DNA from: an uncultured virus (IMG/VR IMGVR_UViG_3300033121_002345)
Lineage: Duplodnaviria > Heunggongvirae > Uroviricota > Caudoviricetes
Length of the DNA: 64,000 nucleotides
Strand: one strand, 5' to 3'
Virus record (IMG/VR): IMGVR_UViG_3300033121_002345
In this document: positions 51,197-61,113 of the stretch, piece after piece
Layout of the letters: each line of letters starts with the position of its first letter
How positions within the stretch are numbered: the first letter of the stretch is position 1
Position numbers and translations under genes: made by a program
The notes under the pieces: generated by a model
What the model was told of the DNA's origin: nothing
Database searches by the model: none
What the model saw: only the letters and a program-made list of their open reading frames with translations

Positions 51197-54100
51197 TCAG
51201 GTGCGGCGGAAGACCGGACGTCCAACGGGGTAGAAGGCGTCTACTGCCTGTCCAACCCGAACGACAGCCGTTCCGTCAGTGATGTTGGTATATCCGGTAG
51301 ATACACCCATGTGCATGAAATCCTGGTCGTTGTGGACGATGTAGGCCAGAGCCGAGCCAACTGACGTGTCAGGGGCTGTTGCTCCCGTCAAGACCGTTCG
51401 TGCCTTCATGTTGATGCGCTGTCCCGTATCTCGTCCAGCGTAAGCCGGAGCGGCTGTAGCACCAGCCAGAGGGAAAGTCAGCGAGGGCTGAGCCCCAGGG
51501 ACGTAACCAATGAGGCCGCCAGCGCCGTAGGTGGTGCTTCCGAGAAGGGTCGAGACAAATGCTCGGCCACGCGGCGGGGATACACCGGAGACGTCCTGAC
51601 GGCCGCTCTGTGTGAAAGCTGCTTCATACGCAGCGAATTCAGTCGTCCATGTGGAGGGAACTTCGATCTTCATTCCCTTCTTGAGGGTGGGGCCTACGCC
51701 GATAGACAACTCGTTGTACGGGTAGCGACGAAGAGTTGGGCTGGCTCCAAAGAAGATCTGATTGGGAACCACGGAGACAGTGATCTGACCAACTCGAAGG
51801 TTGCTGGTCGAGCTGACCATGGCCAACAGAACTTCCTGGTTCGCGTTAGAAGAGACCAATCCGGGAATGAGTGAGATCTCTTGCAGAAGACGAGTAGACG
51901 CAGGACCCCGCACAAGTGCGTAGAACGTCTCAGTGCCTGGAGTAATGGTTCCTGTAACGCGGTCTCTTGACACGAAGCTGCAGAAAACGATACCAGAGGG
52001 ACCAGCAGACTCAGTCTCAATGGTAAGACCTACAATGGTCTCACCGATATGGACAGGCATGGGGAAGTACAGGGTCTTGGTCGTGCCCTGTGCTCTCCAC
52101 ACTCTTTCGTCCGGAGACGCGCCAGAGTACTCCAGAAGCCAAGGGCTGGCCTCACTTCGAGCGTATCCCTGACCAGGGGGAACAGGCCGTACAGCGGGCT
52201 CGTCCAGAATGGTTGTGTGGGAAAGGAAGCTCTCCGGTGAGTACCTGCTTCCGACAGAAGCACCATTAGCGGCCTTCGTGGGGAACGGTAGACGCTGCGA
52301 GATGGCAATTGGAGGGCGATCCGCCGGACGGTAGGGCCGAGCCCGGTCAGTCACCGCAAAGTAACCGTCGTAGGTTGTCATGCCGTCTGCGTTTGTCAGG
52401 ACATTCCGGTCAACGGCGCGTCCCTTAGATACGAGCAGACCGAAATCGTGTCCGGCGTACCCGATTCCAGACATGACACCCGGAGGACAGAATGAAGTAG
52501 AGGATCTCAGGAGACCAGCGCCGATCATTCGGTAGTCAATCCAAGGCTTGTTGAGGCCGTTGGTGAACACGAGCTGATCGGTGATGCCCTCGACCGTGCC
52601 GTTGATCAGCGTCTCAAGGTCATTCGTGATGCCCTGATACGGGGTGTACTCGTAGTAAATGCGAACAGCGGAACCAGTCGGAAGTGGGTCACGAACAGGA
52701 GCCAAAACAATTGAGTTGTGATTCCCGAAAACGCCAGCAGTGTAGTCGTACTTCGCGGAGAAGAAGGCACTGTGCGCTCCCATGTCCATGAAGGACCCTG
52801 GGGCCGCCGAGGGGTCTACCGCCCGCTGTAGGCCGACAGTCTGACCAATGCTGATGTTGCGGACCGAGTTTCGGTCGGCAGAGTTGAACCAAATCTCCCA
52901 AGCAGCCGCACCAGTTCCTGCCGCGTAGAAGGACAACTCTGTGCCAGAGTTTCCAAGAGACACGGACCCAAGACCACCCGAAGAGTGCTGACCAGAGGTG
53001 GTCATGGCGCCCTGAACGCCGATGCCACAGTCACCCCAACCCATAAGACGCTGTGTCGAGGTGGTGGGGAACGTGAGATGTTGTGCAGAAGCTGTGATGC
53101 TAAAGAAATTCTGCCCGATGGTGTACGGACCGCGGATCTGCTTGCTACCAGGCGAAACCTCAAACCAGTGATCTACCAAGTCTCCAAGGCAGACCAGGGT
53201 GACGCGGGCAGTGGTTCCTCCAGGAACCGAAGCAGGAGTAAACTCGATGCGAGTTCGCTGAAACGCTGGAGTAGCTGCAGCGTCGTCAGTGAACTGAATG
53301 TACCGGAGCTTCTCCAGCGAGGTTGTGGTGTTGAGCGTGACGTCCGCCACGGCGTACACCTGCAGGTTCGCCGCGTTGGACGCGATCTGCGAGGAGATCG
53401 ATCCTGAAGCGAAGAGCGTGGCTCGGTCGATGACGCAGGCGTCACCTACCACAGGCACGTCGATCACATTCAAGGGAACGCCAACCCACGCTCTGGTGAA
53501 GGGCGCAAGGCCAGTCAGCGAGTATTCGATGCGGTGAACTGTATCGGGGACTGCGAAGAGACCACGGTTGCCCGCGTAGGAATTCAGTGCAGAGGAACGA
53601 CCAGCCTCATGGTTACGCTTGACGCCCCAAACCTGAATCAGGACGACTGATGCTGCCTCGGTGTATGCGACAGAGGGGTCCAGATTGAGAACAACTTCCG
53701 TCTGCCTCATAGGCTGGGGAGTGACGGGGTCGCCCTGGATGAACCAACCGATGGGGGCACCACCCGTGAAGTACGTGTGCTGCATCGGGTACGGACGACG
53801 ATCACCAGCAACGTTACCGTCGATGGAGAGTCCAACAAATCCCTGCGGACCATACGGGTTTGCGGGGAGCTGAGGATTCACCGAAAGCATGTAGCCGGGC
53901 GGAAGAGAGATCCCGAGCGTGTTCGTTGCTGCCGTCCACGTGAATACACCGTTGGGGTCGGTGTGGTTCACATCCATGTTCAGGAAGTTCCACGTAAACA
54001 ATTCCGCCTCGTCCGATTCAGACCAGACGGTCTGTGAACCGTTTGGCGGTCTCGGAATGAGGTTTGTGCCTGCCAAGGCACCGGCTGCGAGAAGATCGAC

Positions 54101-56302
54101 GTGCAAGAGCTGCTTTCCAGCAACGCTTGCAGCAATCGGGTGAACCGCCATGTTCGTGCGAAGGTCACCACCGATCAGCTTGTCGAAGCTCTGGTCAAGA
54201 ATGCGCTGAAGCTCCTCAGGGTCAACGACACTCTGAGAGCGAACGTCGAGCACTTCGCCCTCGTAGGGGTGCGTTGCAAGCTGGTTCGGCAACCCTGGGA
54301 ATGCGCTCCGGTCTGCGCCATTCTGATCGATGGCGGTCAAAGCGTAAGCACCAGTGTTACGACGGTGAACGAGGGCAATAGGAAGTGCGTAGACTTCGCC
54401 ATTCGGGTCTTCACCCGTGGTGACGTCCGGAACACGAGCCCAGAGTGCGGGATCGTCGAACGCAGGCGTGTACGCCGTCGTTGCCGTCATTGCGCCTTCA
54501 ACAGTCGTCTGAAGGATGTTCAGCGGAAGAGTGAAGGTGCGGAAGCGTCCGAACCACTGAAGAGCCTTGGGACCGATGCGGTCGCGGGCGCCAATCTCCA
54601 TCGGAGAGTTCGCGATGCGGTCTGGAGTCGGGTAGATCGTCTTGAGGACTTCCAGAACGATCACGTCTGTCCGGCCACCGGTGGCCGGAGGCGCAGGGAG
54701 ATCAACGAGCTGAGGGTTGTTCCAGTAGAGAGTGCGACCTTGAACATGGATCACAGAGGCAGGAACTGTGATTGTTCCGACGTCCGGAACGATCGGGGCG
54801 TCTGTTCCAGTCACAAATCCTGAAGCGCGCTCAAGTCTCTTCGCGATGCCAGCGATACGATCACGCGACTTGAGGGCCTCTTCGATCTCGAAAAGACCCA
54901 TGCCCAATTCTGCTCGTGGGCAAACGTCGAAGATGTAGCGCTGGTTGTTCGACCGGAACGTGTCGATGTAAGGAGGGCCAGCAAGTTCGTCGCTGGTACG
55001 GCGCACCACGAGAAGGGGAAGAGCCCAGGAAACATCATCGATCGAGCTGGCGACTGCGGGGGCCTGCCAGAGCTTCTGATCGGTGTTGGTTCCGACAACG
55101 AAGGGGTTACCGTCCACGTTGTTGACGGCGCCGGCAACGGTCGCGGTGTCCGTCAGCACGCTGACGTTCACGTTCGAAATTACGCGGTACTGGTACCTGG
55201 TGACGACGAACGTCGAGGAGTCGTAGGCCTCCATCTCCGAGAGATCCAACGAGGGAGCAAGGGTTCCTCCCTGCTCCAGCATCTTCTCCAAGTAGTTTCG
55301 GAGGTACGAGAACGGACGGGCAACACTGCCCTCGTCGTCATAAGTCTCAGACGCGGGAAGAACAATCGGCTCGCGCCAAGCTTCGAGAATCAAAAGGTCA
55401 TAACGCTCGCCAACTCCGGGAGGAGCCGCGAAGGTGATGTCTGTGGCGTGTGTCTTGATGAAGTGACCATTCATCAAGTAGTGAGCACCCGGGATGATGC
55501 CGAGATTGGCAACTGCAGGGAGGGGGACGAACGGGAAGTTCACCGGAATGTGGTCGCCGTGAACTGCGTCACCAGCTACCGAAGAACCGGGGTCGGGAAC
55601 GATCGACTGAGGGATCTCGTTCAGAATACCGGAACCGCTCGTAACGCGATGAAACTGGGCCTTACTCTCCGCATTGCGTGACGCGGTCTCGGCGAGATTG
55701 ATCGCGCCACCGACAGGCGTCCACGTCTCAGTCGTTGCGTTCCACTGGTATGCCAGGCGGGTGTCGAAGGCAATTCGAACGTCCCCGTCACGATTCTGTG
55801 TGGTTGGGAGTGATGCAACTGTTGCAACAGGTTGCCTCCAACCCGTCTTGCCCAGCTTGTCAGCCCAGTCACCGGGGGCGTAGTCGATCTCAACTCCGGG
55901 GTCCGTCAAAGACGTCGCACCGAAAGGAACCGTGAACTTCGCAAATGTGATGAAGAAGTTACGGCTGACGCTGGTAAGCCACGTCGTCTCAGGAACGAGC
56001 TGAAGGTTGAAGATCGGAGTCGTGAGGCTCCGGTATTCCAGGTGAAGGATCAGGTAGCTGACCCGGTCCGGGCCCGCGGCGGCGGGGGCCGGAACGGAAC
56101 GAGTCTCCGTAGCGTCAGAGACAGCAACAATGCCGTCGTATCCCGTTGCGATGAACGGAGCGATAGAAACCTGAAGAGACACGCCAGAGGGCGTAAGGGA
56201 GCCGCCATCGAAGATGGCACGGTCAACAATCTTGGCCTGAGTTGTGTTCAGGTCGAGAGTGCTGTCGGCGTTTCTGAACTGAAGAATGGGCTTGATTGCC
56301 AC
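51197..56302 (-). CDS. very large tail fibre/baseplate protein with internal domain duplication
   Basis: 1701 aa, GTG start; 'WRQPVATVASLP....DGD' fibre motif; duplicated 'P.PP..G.R.D...LE' and 'LW.....ALP...V.R' blocks. Confidence 0.7.
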   Translation of the reverse strand: MAIKPILQFRNADSTLDLNTTQAKIVDRAIFDGGSLTPSGVSLQVSIAPFIATGYDGIVAVSDATETRSVPAPAAAGPDRVSYLILHLEYRSLTTPIFNLQLVPETTWLTSVSRNFFITFAKFTVPFGATSLTDPGVEIDYAPGDWADKLGKTGWRQPVATVASLPTTQNRDGDVRIAFDTRLAYQWNATTETWTPVGGAINLAETASRNAESKAQFHRVTSGSGILNEIPQSIVPDPGSSVAGDAVHGDHIPVNFPFVPLPAVANLGIIPGAHYLMNGHFIKTHATDITFAAPPGVGERYDLLILEAWREPIVLPASETYDDEGSVARPFSYLRNYLEKMLEQGGTLAPSLDLSEMEAYDSSTFVVTRYQYRVISNVNVSVLTDTATVAGAVNNVDGNPFVVGTNTDQKLWQAPAVASSIDDVSWALPLLVVRRTSDELAGPPYIDTFRSNNQRYIFDVCPRAELGMGLFEIEEALKSRDRIAGIAKRLERASGFVTGTDAPIVPDVGTITVPASVIHVQGRTLYWNNPQLVDLPAPPATGGRTDVIVLEVLKTIYPTPDRIANSPMEIGARDRIGPKALQWFGRFRTFTLPLNILQTTVEGAMTATTAYTPAFDDPALWARVPDVTTGEDPNGEVYALPIALVHRRNTGAYALTAIDQNGADRSAFPGLPNQLATHPYEGEVLDVRSQSVVDPEELQRILDQSFDKLIGGDLRTNMAVHPIAASVAGKQLLHVDLLAAGALAGTNLIPRPPNGSQTVWSESDEAELFTWNFLNMDVNHTDPNGVFTWTAATNTLGISLPPGYMLSVNPQLPANPYGPQGFVGLSIDGNVAGDRRPYPMQHTYFTGGAPIGWFIQGDPVTPQPMRQTEVVLNLDPSVAYTEAASVVLIQVWGVKRNHEAGRSSALNSYAGNRGLFAVPDTVHRIEYSLTGLAPFTRAWVGVPLNVIDVPVVGDACVIDRATLFASGSISSQIASNAANLQVYAVADVTLNTTTSLEKLRYIQFTDDAAATPAFQRTRIEFTPASVPGGTTARVTLVCLGDLVDHWFEVSPGSKQIRGPYTIGQNFFSITASAQHLTFPTTSTQRLMGWGDCGIGVQGAMTTSGQHSSGGLGSVSLGNSGTELSFYAAGTGAAAWEIWFNSADRNSVRNISIGQTVGLQRAVDPSAAPGSFMDMGAHSAFFSAKYDYTAGVFGNHNSIVLAPVRDPLPTGSAVRIYYEYTPYQGITNDLETLINGTVEGITDQLVFTNGLNKPWIDYRMIGAGLLRSSTSFCPPGVMSGIGYAGHDFGLLVSKGRAVDRNVLTNADGMTTYDGYFAVTDRARPYRPADRPPIAISQRLPFPTKAANGASVGSRYSPESFLSHTTILDEPAVRPVPPGQGYARSEASPWLLEYSGASPDERVWRAQGTTKTLYFPMPVHIGETIVGLTIETESAGPSGIVFCSFVSRDRVTGTITPGTETFYALVRGPASTRLLQEISLIPGLVSSNANQEVLLAMVSSTSNLRVGQITVSVVPNQIFFGASPTLRRYPYNELSIGVGPTLKKGMKIEVPSTWTTEFAAYEAAFTQSGRQDVSGVSPPRGRAFVSTLLGSTTYGAGGLIGYVPGAQPSLTFPLAGATAAPAYAGRDTGQRINMKARTVLTGATAPDTSVGSALAYIVHNDQDFMHMGVSTGYTNITDGTAVVRVGQAVDAFYPVGRPVFRRT

Positions 56303-56320
56303 AAGAACACCTACTCAATG

Positions 56321-56797
56321 TCAGAGTTGCACGAAGACTTCGTAGACGAACCGGTCTGTCGGTGTCTTGAACTTCAGCGGAAAGTTTGCGATGGCAAACA
56401 GGAACTTCAGGCCAATTTCCGGATCTCCGGGAATGGGAGAATATACGATGGTGCCCAAAAGACACAGGGAGCTGACGGCTCCAGTTGCCTCTCCAGGCTC
56501 TACCGAGGCGGTGAACACCGGGCAGGAAAAGCTTGCAAAGCTGACACTGTCGATTGTGTCGACCAGGGAGCAGCCGCCGCCCACGGTGATGGCTTCTACT
56601 GGAGCACCAAGAGGCCCGCAGTAGCAGCCTGTTCGAGCCGGGTCGGGGGTGATGGCGAGGGTAGGGTCCGCAGGATCGTGTCCGTTCGCACCGATGACGA
56701 ACGTATCAACTACGAAACTCTTCCCGGTGGCCAGCATCTCTGCGATGCGGGCCTTACCTTGATTCGTGACTAGAGCTAATGCTTCGATGGTAGGCAT
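56321..56797 (-). CDS. tail-collar/baseplate fibre-attachment protein (paralog of 43998..44570)
   Basis: 'VTNQGKARIA...G.SF....F.IG.NGHDP.DP' ... 'FAIANFPLKFKT'. Confidence 0.65.
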   Translation of the reverse strand: MPTIEALALVTNQGKARIAEMLATGKSFVVDTFVIGANGHDPADPTLAITPDPARTGCYCGPLGAPVEAITVGGGCSLVDTIDSVSFASFSCPVFTASVEPGEATGAVSSLCLLGTIVYSPIPGDPEIGLKFLFAIANFPLKFKTPTDRFVYEVFVQL

Positions 56798-56881
56798 GCC
56801 GGAACACCCGAGGCGTAAATAAGACCGTGCGCATCTCTTGTTTAGAGAGCGAGCGGCAAAAAGGTTCAGTAGAAGAACCGG

Positions 56882-58336
56882 TTAGTCGCAGGAGTCGGCC
56901 GAGATGCAGAAGTCCAGCGTGTGAATGCCGAATGTTCCTGGCCCAGGGTAATTCGCTCCGCTGACATCGGGCTGTCCTGTAGCCCATGTCACAAAGCGAC
57001 CAGCGATCGTATCCCAAACACGGTTCGTGACAGTGGAAGGAACCGTAGTGACCTGAACGAAGGTCACTGAATCGTTCGCAGGAAAACTGATCGGCGTCGT
57101 AGTTGCATGCTCGAAGGCAGGCTCTGTTGTCATGTCGTTGTACGCGGCAACATCCCAGAATGTATGAGCGTTCACGTTGATCGCGGCTGTGATGGCACCG
57201 CCTCCTGGGTCTAGGGGCACTGTGGCGTCCCATACAACCCAGACACGACCAGTTCCCTGAGCAACCAGATTCTGACCGTTGGCAACCGCCATGTCTGCTA
57301 CGCCCCCACCGCCTTGGCAGAACAAGGTGCTCTTGCCTTTGAGACCAGCGAATCTTGGGCTACCTCGTCCGGTGAAGTCCTCGGGGTAGTTCGAACGGTA
57401 ATACCAAGAGGAACCCAGCCACACGTCTGCAAGCCCGTTATACGGGTTGAGGCCGAGGTCGGTGCCTTGGTTGCCGGTGACGTTACAGGTCATAGGACCG
57501 AGAATGACGTGGCTAACGCGACCGCGACGGTTAAGGATCGGTTCAGTGTTCAACGGGTCGCCTTCATCGGTGGCAAATTGGGCTGGGCCGGAGCCGTTCT
57601 CGCCTCCAGTGTTTAGCCCGCTGTAAGGACCCCACGAAGTACGCGCAGAACCCAGAGAGTTCGTCCAGTCAAATGAAGTGTACGTCATGATCAGCACGTG
57701 ACCATGAACGTCTCCAGGATTTCGGACTGCGGACTTGATGTAGTCCATAGCCCATCCGCGATAGATGCGGCGAGCGGCTGTACGCGTGAAGCCGTACCAC
57801 GCGTAGCCCTCGCTAGCGTCGCCGATAGCAAAGTCCATCTTGCGTGCAGTTGCCGCATCTCCATCAAAGACATCGGTCCACTGATCTGTGATCAGGTTCG
57901 AAGGAGGATTGCTACTCGTGCCGAAAGGAACCAACAATGACCCAGCAGGAGGGGTTCCGTAGTTAGCCGAATTTGCACCAGCCCACGTACCTGTTCCAAC
58001 ACAAGCAGGAATCAGAATGCCGCCAAAGGCGTCGGATCCTGGGTTGAACGCAGCGTGGTAGAAGAGAATTTCTGGTCCGCCTACTCCAGCGGGAGATCGA
58101 ATACGCCACCATGCCAAACGATTTGCGATATTGTTCGCAATGTAGCCACCACCAGTGTTGGCGACGGTAAGAATGTCGGTGCCGTTTCCGTAGATGCCGT
58201 TGGCCAAACCGATGGTGACTTCGCCGTCTCCCGAGTCCTGGATGGTCCAGCCGGCTGCCTTCAGCCGAGTCTTGATCTCCATAACCGCAAGAGCGTAGTT
58301 GGCGATGTCGATGTTCTTGATGTGAGTGAAAGTCAT
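56882..58336 (-). CDS. virion structural protein, tandem paralog 3
   Basis: start ATG 58336 (MTFTH...K..L.AAGW.I..SGDG); carries an extra C-terminal extension. Confidence 0.65.
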   Translation of the reverse strand: MTFTHIKNIDIANYALAVMEIKTRLKAAGWTIQDSGDGEVTIGLANGIYGNGTDILTVANTGGGYIANNIANRLAWWRIRSPAGVGGPEILFYHAAFNPGSDAFGGILIPACVGTGTWAGANSANYGTPPAGSLLVPFGTSSNPPSNLITDQWTDVFDGDAATARKMDFAIGDASEGYAWYGFTRTAARRIYRGWAMDYIKSAVRNPGDVHGHVLIMTYTSFDWTNSLGSARTSWGPYSGLNTGGENGSGPAQFATDEGDPLNTEPILNRRGRVSHVILGPMTCNVTGNQGTDLGLNPYNGLADVWLGSSWYYRSNYPEDFTGRGSPRFAGLKGKSTLFCQGGGGVADMAVANGQNLVAQGTGRVWVVWDATVPLDPGGGAITAAINVNAHTFWDVAAYNDMTTEPAFEHATTTPISFPANDSVTFVQVTTVPSTVTNRVWDTIAGRFVTWATGQPDVSGANYPGPGTFGIHTLDFCISADSCD

Positions 58337-58340
58337 CGTG

Positions 58341-59396
58341 TCACCAGCCTGGGCGAACACCAGCCTGCCAAGGGACCACCAGCGCAGTGAGGGTGCTGCT
58401 TATACCAGGGTAGATGACTAGGTAAGTGTCGTTGATGTAAGAGACCACGTTTCCGGCCCACACTCCGTGAGTTGAGATGAATCCCTTGAAAATCCGGCTC
58501 TTTCCTTTGAGGACTCCGCGAGTAACGGGAGCTATGTTGACGGGGATGTTCGTACCAATAGGGCGACGAAACCACCACATGCCTGGAAGCCACAAATCGG
58601 TGACCCGAGCGTAGGGGTTTGCCCCATAATTGTGGACTCCATCGCTGTTACTGGGCACAATAGAAGGCATTCCTCCCAGTGCCGCTGCCCGCATTTGTTG
58701 CTGTCTAGTGCTCCAGGTGGACATGAATGTCCAGAAACACTGTGAACCTGCAGAAGTCTGTGGTGTCCAGCTATCCACGTTATTCCACGCGTTAGCAGAC
58801 GAGAATGGCTGGAACCCCACAACGGTAGGGTCGTCGCCAGGGTCTTCAAGATCTGAGACCCTGTCAAAAACCCAGGTGAATTGCTCAGTCGTGCGTCCGA
58901 CTTCGGTTCCCACTACTAGCCAGGAGTAGTCTTCGTCCGCATCGCCTGCGATGATATGAATGTGGAATTTAGCAAGATGGTTGACCACGCCGCCGAAGAA
59001 ATCCTGGAAGGTCGAGGAACTTCCAAGAATGTATACCTCGTCTACGGCTGTAGGAGCTACAGTGGCTGAGGGGGTTCCTCCGGTGAATCCCAGCCGAGAG
59101 TAACGAACCTTCCAAGAATCAGGGCCACTGGTGGTGCTGTGCTGAAAACACAACTCGCACGAGCCAAGTGGGTGGCGCAAGCGCATCCAGGCATTTGCGC
59201 TGCTCAACGACCCTGGAGTGAAGGTCGTAGACCCGAACCGGGCCCCTGAGGTAATTTGGTCACCAGCCGGAGCGTACGTCACACCATCGCTTGAGGCAGG
59301 AACAGTCCACCCAACAGCCGTTAGAGCCGTCTTCATATTGAAGAGCACCCAGGAAATCCCAGGGGCACAAGTGACGTTAGGAGTGATGGTGAACAT
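58341..59396 (-). CDS. virion structural protein, tandem paralog 2
   Basis: start moved to ATG 59396 (MFTITPN...K..L.AVGW.V..SSDG ... 'LKGKSR.F' ... 'VPW'). Confidence 0.65.
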   Translation of the reverse strand: MFTITPNVTCAPGISWVLFNMKTALTAVGWTVPASSDGVTYAPAGDQITSGARFGSTTFTPGSLSSANAWMRLRHPLGSCELCFQHSTTSGPDSWKVRYSRLGFTGGTPSATVAPTAVDEVYILGSSSTFQDFFGGVVNHLAKFHIHIIAGDADEDYSWLVVGTEVGRTTEQFTWVFDRVSDLEDPGDDPTVVGFQPFSSANAWNNVDSWTPQTSAGSQCFWTFMSTWSTRQQQMRAAALGGMPSIVPSNSDGVHNYGANPYARVTDLWLPGMWWFRRPIGTNIPVNIAPVTRGVLKGKSRIFKGFISTHGVWAGNVVSYINDTYLVIYPGISSTLTALVVPWQAGVRPGW

Positions 59397-59397
59397 C

Positions 59398-60423
59398 TCA
59401 GACCGCCATGTCAGTAGTACCGTCCCAAGGGATGGAAAAGGTACCCATGATCCACCGCGACTTGTCGCCGTAAGGGCGGCAACCCAAACGATACATTTCA
59501 TACTTGAAGAGTCGCGAACGACCCTTCCAGCCCTTTTGAGTAGCGAGGGCAGAACCGCCTCGCGAATAGGTGTGCGGCATGCTCGGCATGCGGCCCAAAC
59601 TGTCAAGGCTCGGAGGCCAGGCATCTCCCATCGGAGTCCATTGGGAGGACCCGTTTGGAAAGCCCACTGCCCCGAAGGGGAAGTTCACCCACGCCTGAGA
59701 ACCGCCTCCCTTGACGTACCACCCGTGACAGCAGCTAGCAGTCTGGCTATCAGTAGAGCTGTAGATGCCGTTGGTCTCACGGGCAATGCCGCCGTCTGAG
59801 TCGCTTCCCAAAGCGCCCGCCCAGAAGATTACGGCACCATCAGTGTCCGACGCATTCACGTTCTGGAGAACGTCGAGGCCAAAGATGAAGTAGGAAGCAT
59901 TGTAGCCAACCTTACGGCACTGCATGACGAACGAGAACTGCTCGTTGATGTCACCGATGACGTAGTCACATCGATATTGGCGCGCAGTGATGGCAGACCC
60001 GAAAATGTTGGTTGTCCCCGTGGGGGAATTGGCAACACCTCCGGTTGTACCCACGGTCACCGGGGCGTCCGCAGCAGTTGGAGGCGTTGTTGCGTTGGGG
60101 GCGCCTCCGGTGAATCCCACACCATCACTGGAGTACCAGATGCGCCACACACCGTGTGAGGTGTTGGGACGGAACATCAAGATCTCTCGACGAGGAGTCA
60201 TGCTTGCAGGAGCACGCAGTACGAACCAAGAGGTGGCCAAGTCAAGCGTACCTCCGTAGGCAACGCCAGGAGAGTGCACATCGCCTGCGCCGTTGAAGGC
60301 GCCGCCTGTGCCCGACCCGGAAGAACGAACGCTCCAGCCGGCTGCAACCAGGAGTTCCTTGAGCTTCCAGATGGACTCACCGTCTGAAAGTGGCTCGAAA
60401 TTAGGGGTGATCGTGAATGTCAT
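59398..60423 (-). CDS. virion structural protein, tandem paralog 1
   Basis: MTFTITPN...K.LL.AAGWSV.SSG ... 'WKGRSRLF' ... 'IPWDG'. Confidence 0.65.
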   Translation of the reverse strand: MTFTITPNFEPLSDGESIWKLKELLVAAGWSVRSSGSGTGGAFNGAGDVHSPGVAYGGTLDLATSWFVLRAPASMTPRREILMFRPNTSHGVWRIWYSSDGVGFTGGAPNATTPPTAADAPVTVGTTGGVANSPTGTTNIFGSAITARQYRCDYVIGDINEQFSFVMQCRKVGYNASYFIFGLDVLQNVNASDTDGAVIFWAGALGSDSDGGIARETNGIYSSTDSQTASCCHGWYVKGGGSQAWVNFPFGAVGFPNGSSQWTPMGDAWPPSLDSLGRMPSMPHTYSRGGSALATQKGWKGRSRLFKYEMYRLGCRPYGDKSRWIMGTFSIPWDGTTDMAV

Positions 60424-60438
60424 TGCTATTTCCCTAGT

Positions 60439-61101
60439 TCAAACCAGCGCGAGGCCACCGTAGTGAAGCTTTGCAGAGTCGCCCGGTGTTGCGCTGTTGA
60501 TGATCAGGCGAATCTCGTACAGTCGAGGGCTGTCGAAGATTTCGTTAGCGTTGATACCCGGAGCAGGGTCAACCGTGAGCGCAACATCTTGCAGATCAAT
60601 GACGTTCTGAGCTGTAATGGTCGCAGTGGACCGAAGCACGCCCGGACCCGGAACGCCAGGGGCTCCCATGTCGTACAGGAGAAGATCCATGTCCACCAGA
60701 GCCGTTACGCTATTCAACTGCCCAACGAATCGTAGTGTGGCGGTTAGAACTCCACCGAGCTGGCTTCCATCGAAGTAGAAGCCTCCGACAACCACCTCTG
60801 AGGCCAAGATGGAGGTGTCAGCGTTAGACCCGCCAGGAACCTGGACCTGGTTCGTAAGAAGACCAACAGGGGACCACTGAGGAATGGTCTCCTCGACAAG
60901 CACATAGAACAGGTAAGGAGCCACCGTCCCAACGCGGGCTACCTTGCCGATGTCAGATGCTCCAAAGACCACAGGCCCCAAAAGAGCATCAGTTCCAGCG
61001 TTCATCAACGCTACACTGTCGAAGGTGTAGTAGTGAAGAACGTGTGTGCCAGCCGCCGGATCTCCGGCTACTGGTCTGATGTCTTTGTGCAGAATCGTCA
61101 T
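60439..61101 (-). CDS. putative structural protein
   Basis: 220 aa, GGAG RBS, beta-rich, in the baseplate region. Confidence 0.55.
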   Translation of the reverse strand: MTILHKDIRPVAGDPAAGTHVLHYYTFDSVALMNAGTDALLGPVVFGASDIGKVARVGTVAPYLFYVLVEETIPQWSPVGLLTNQVQVPGGSNADTSILASEVVVGGFYFDGSQLGGVLTATLRFVGQLNSVTALVDMDLLLYDMGAPGVPGPGVLRSTATITAQNVIDLQDVALTVDPAPGINANEIFDSPRLYEIRLIINSATPGDSAKLHYGGLALV

Positions 61102-61113
61102 CGACGTACTCCG

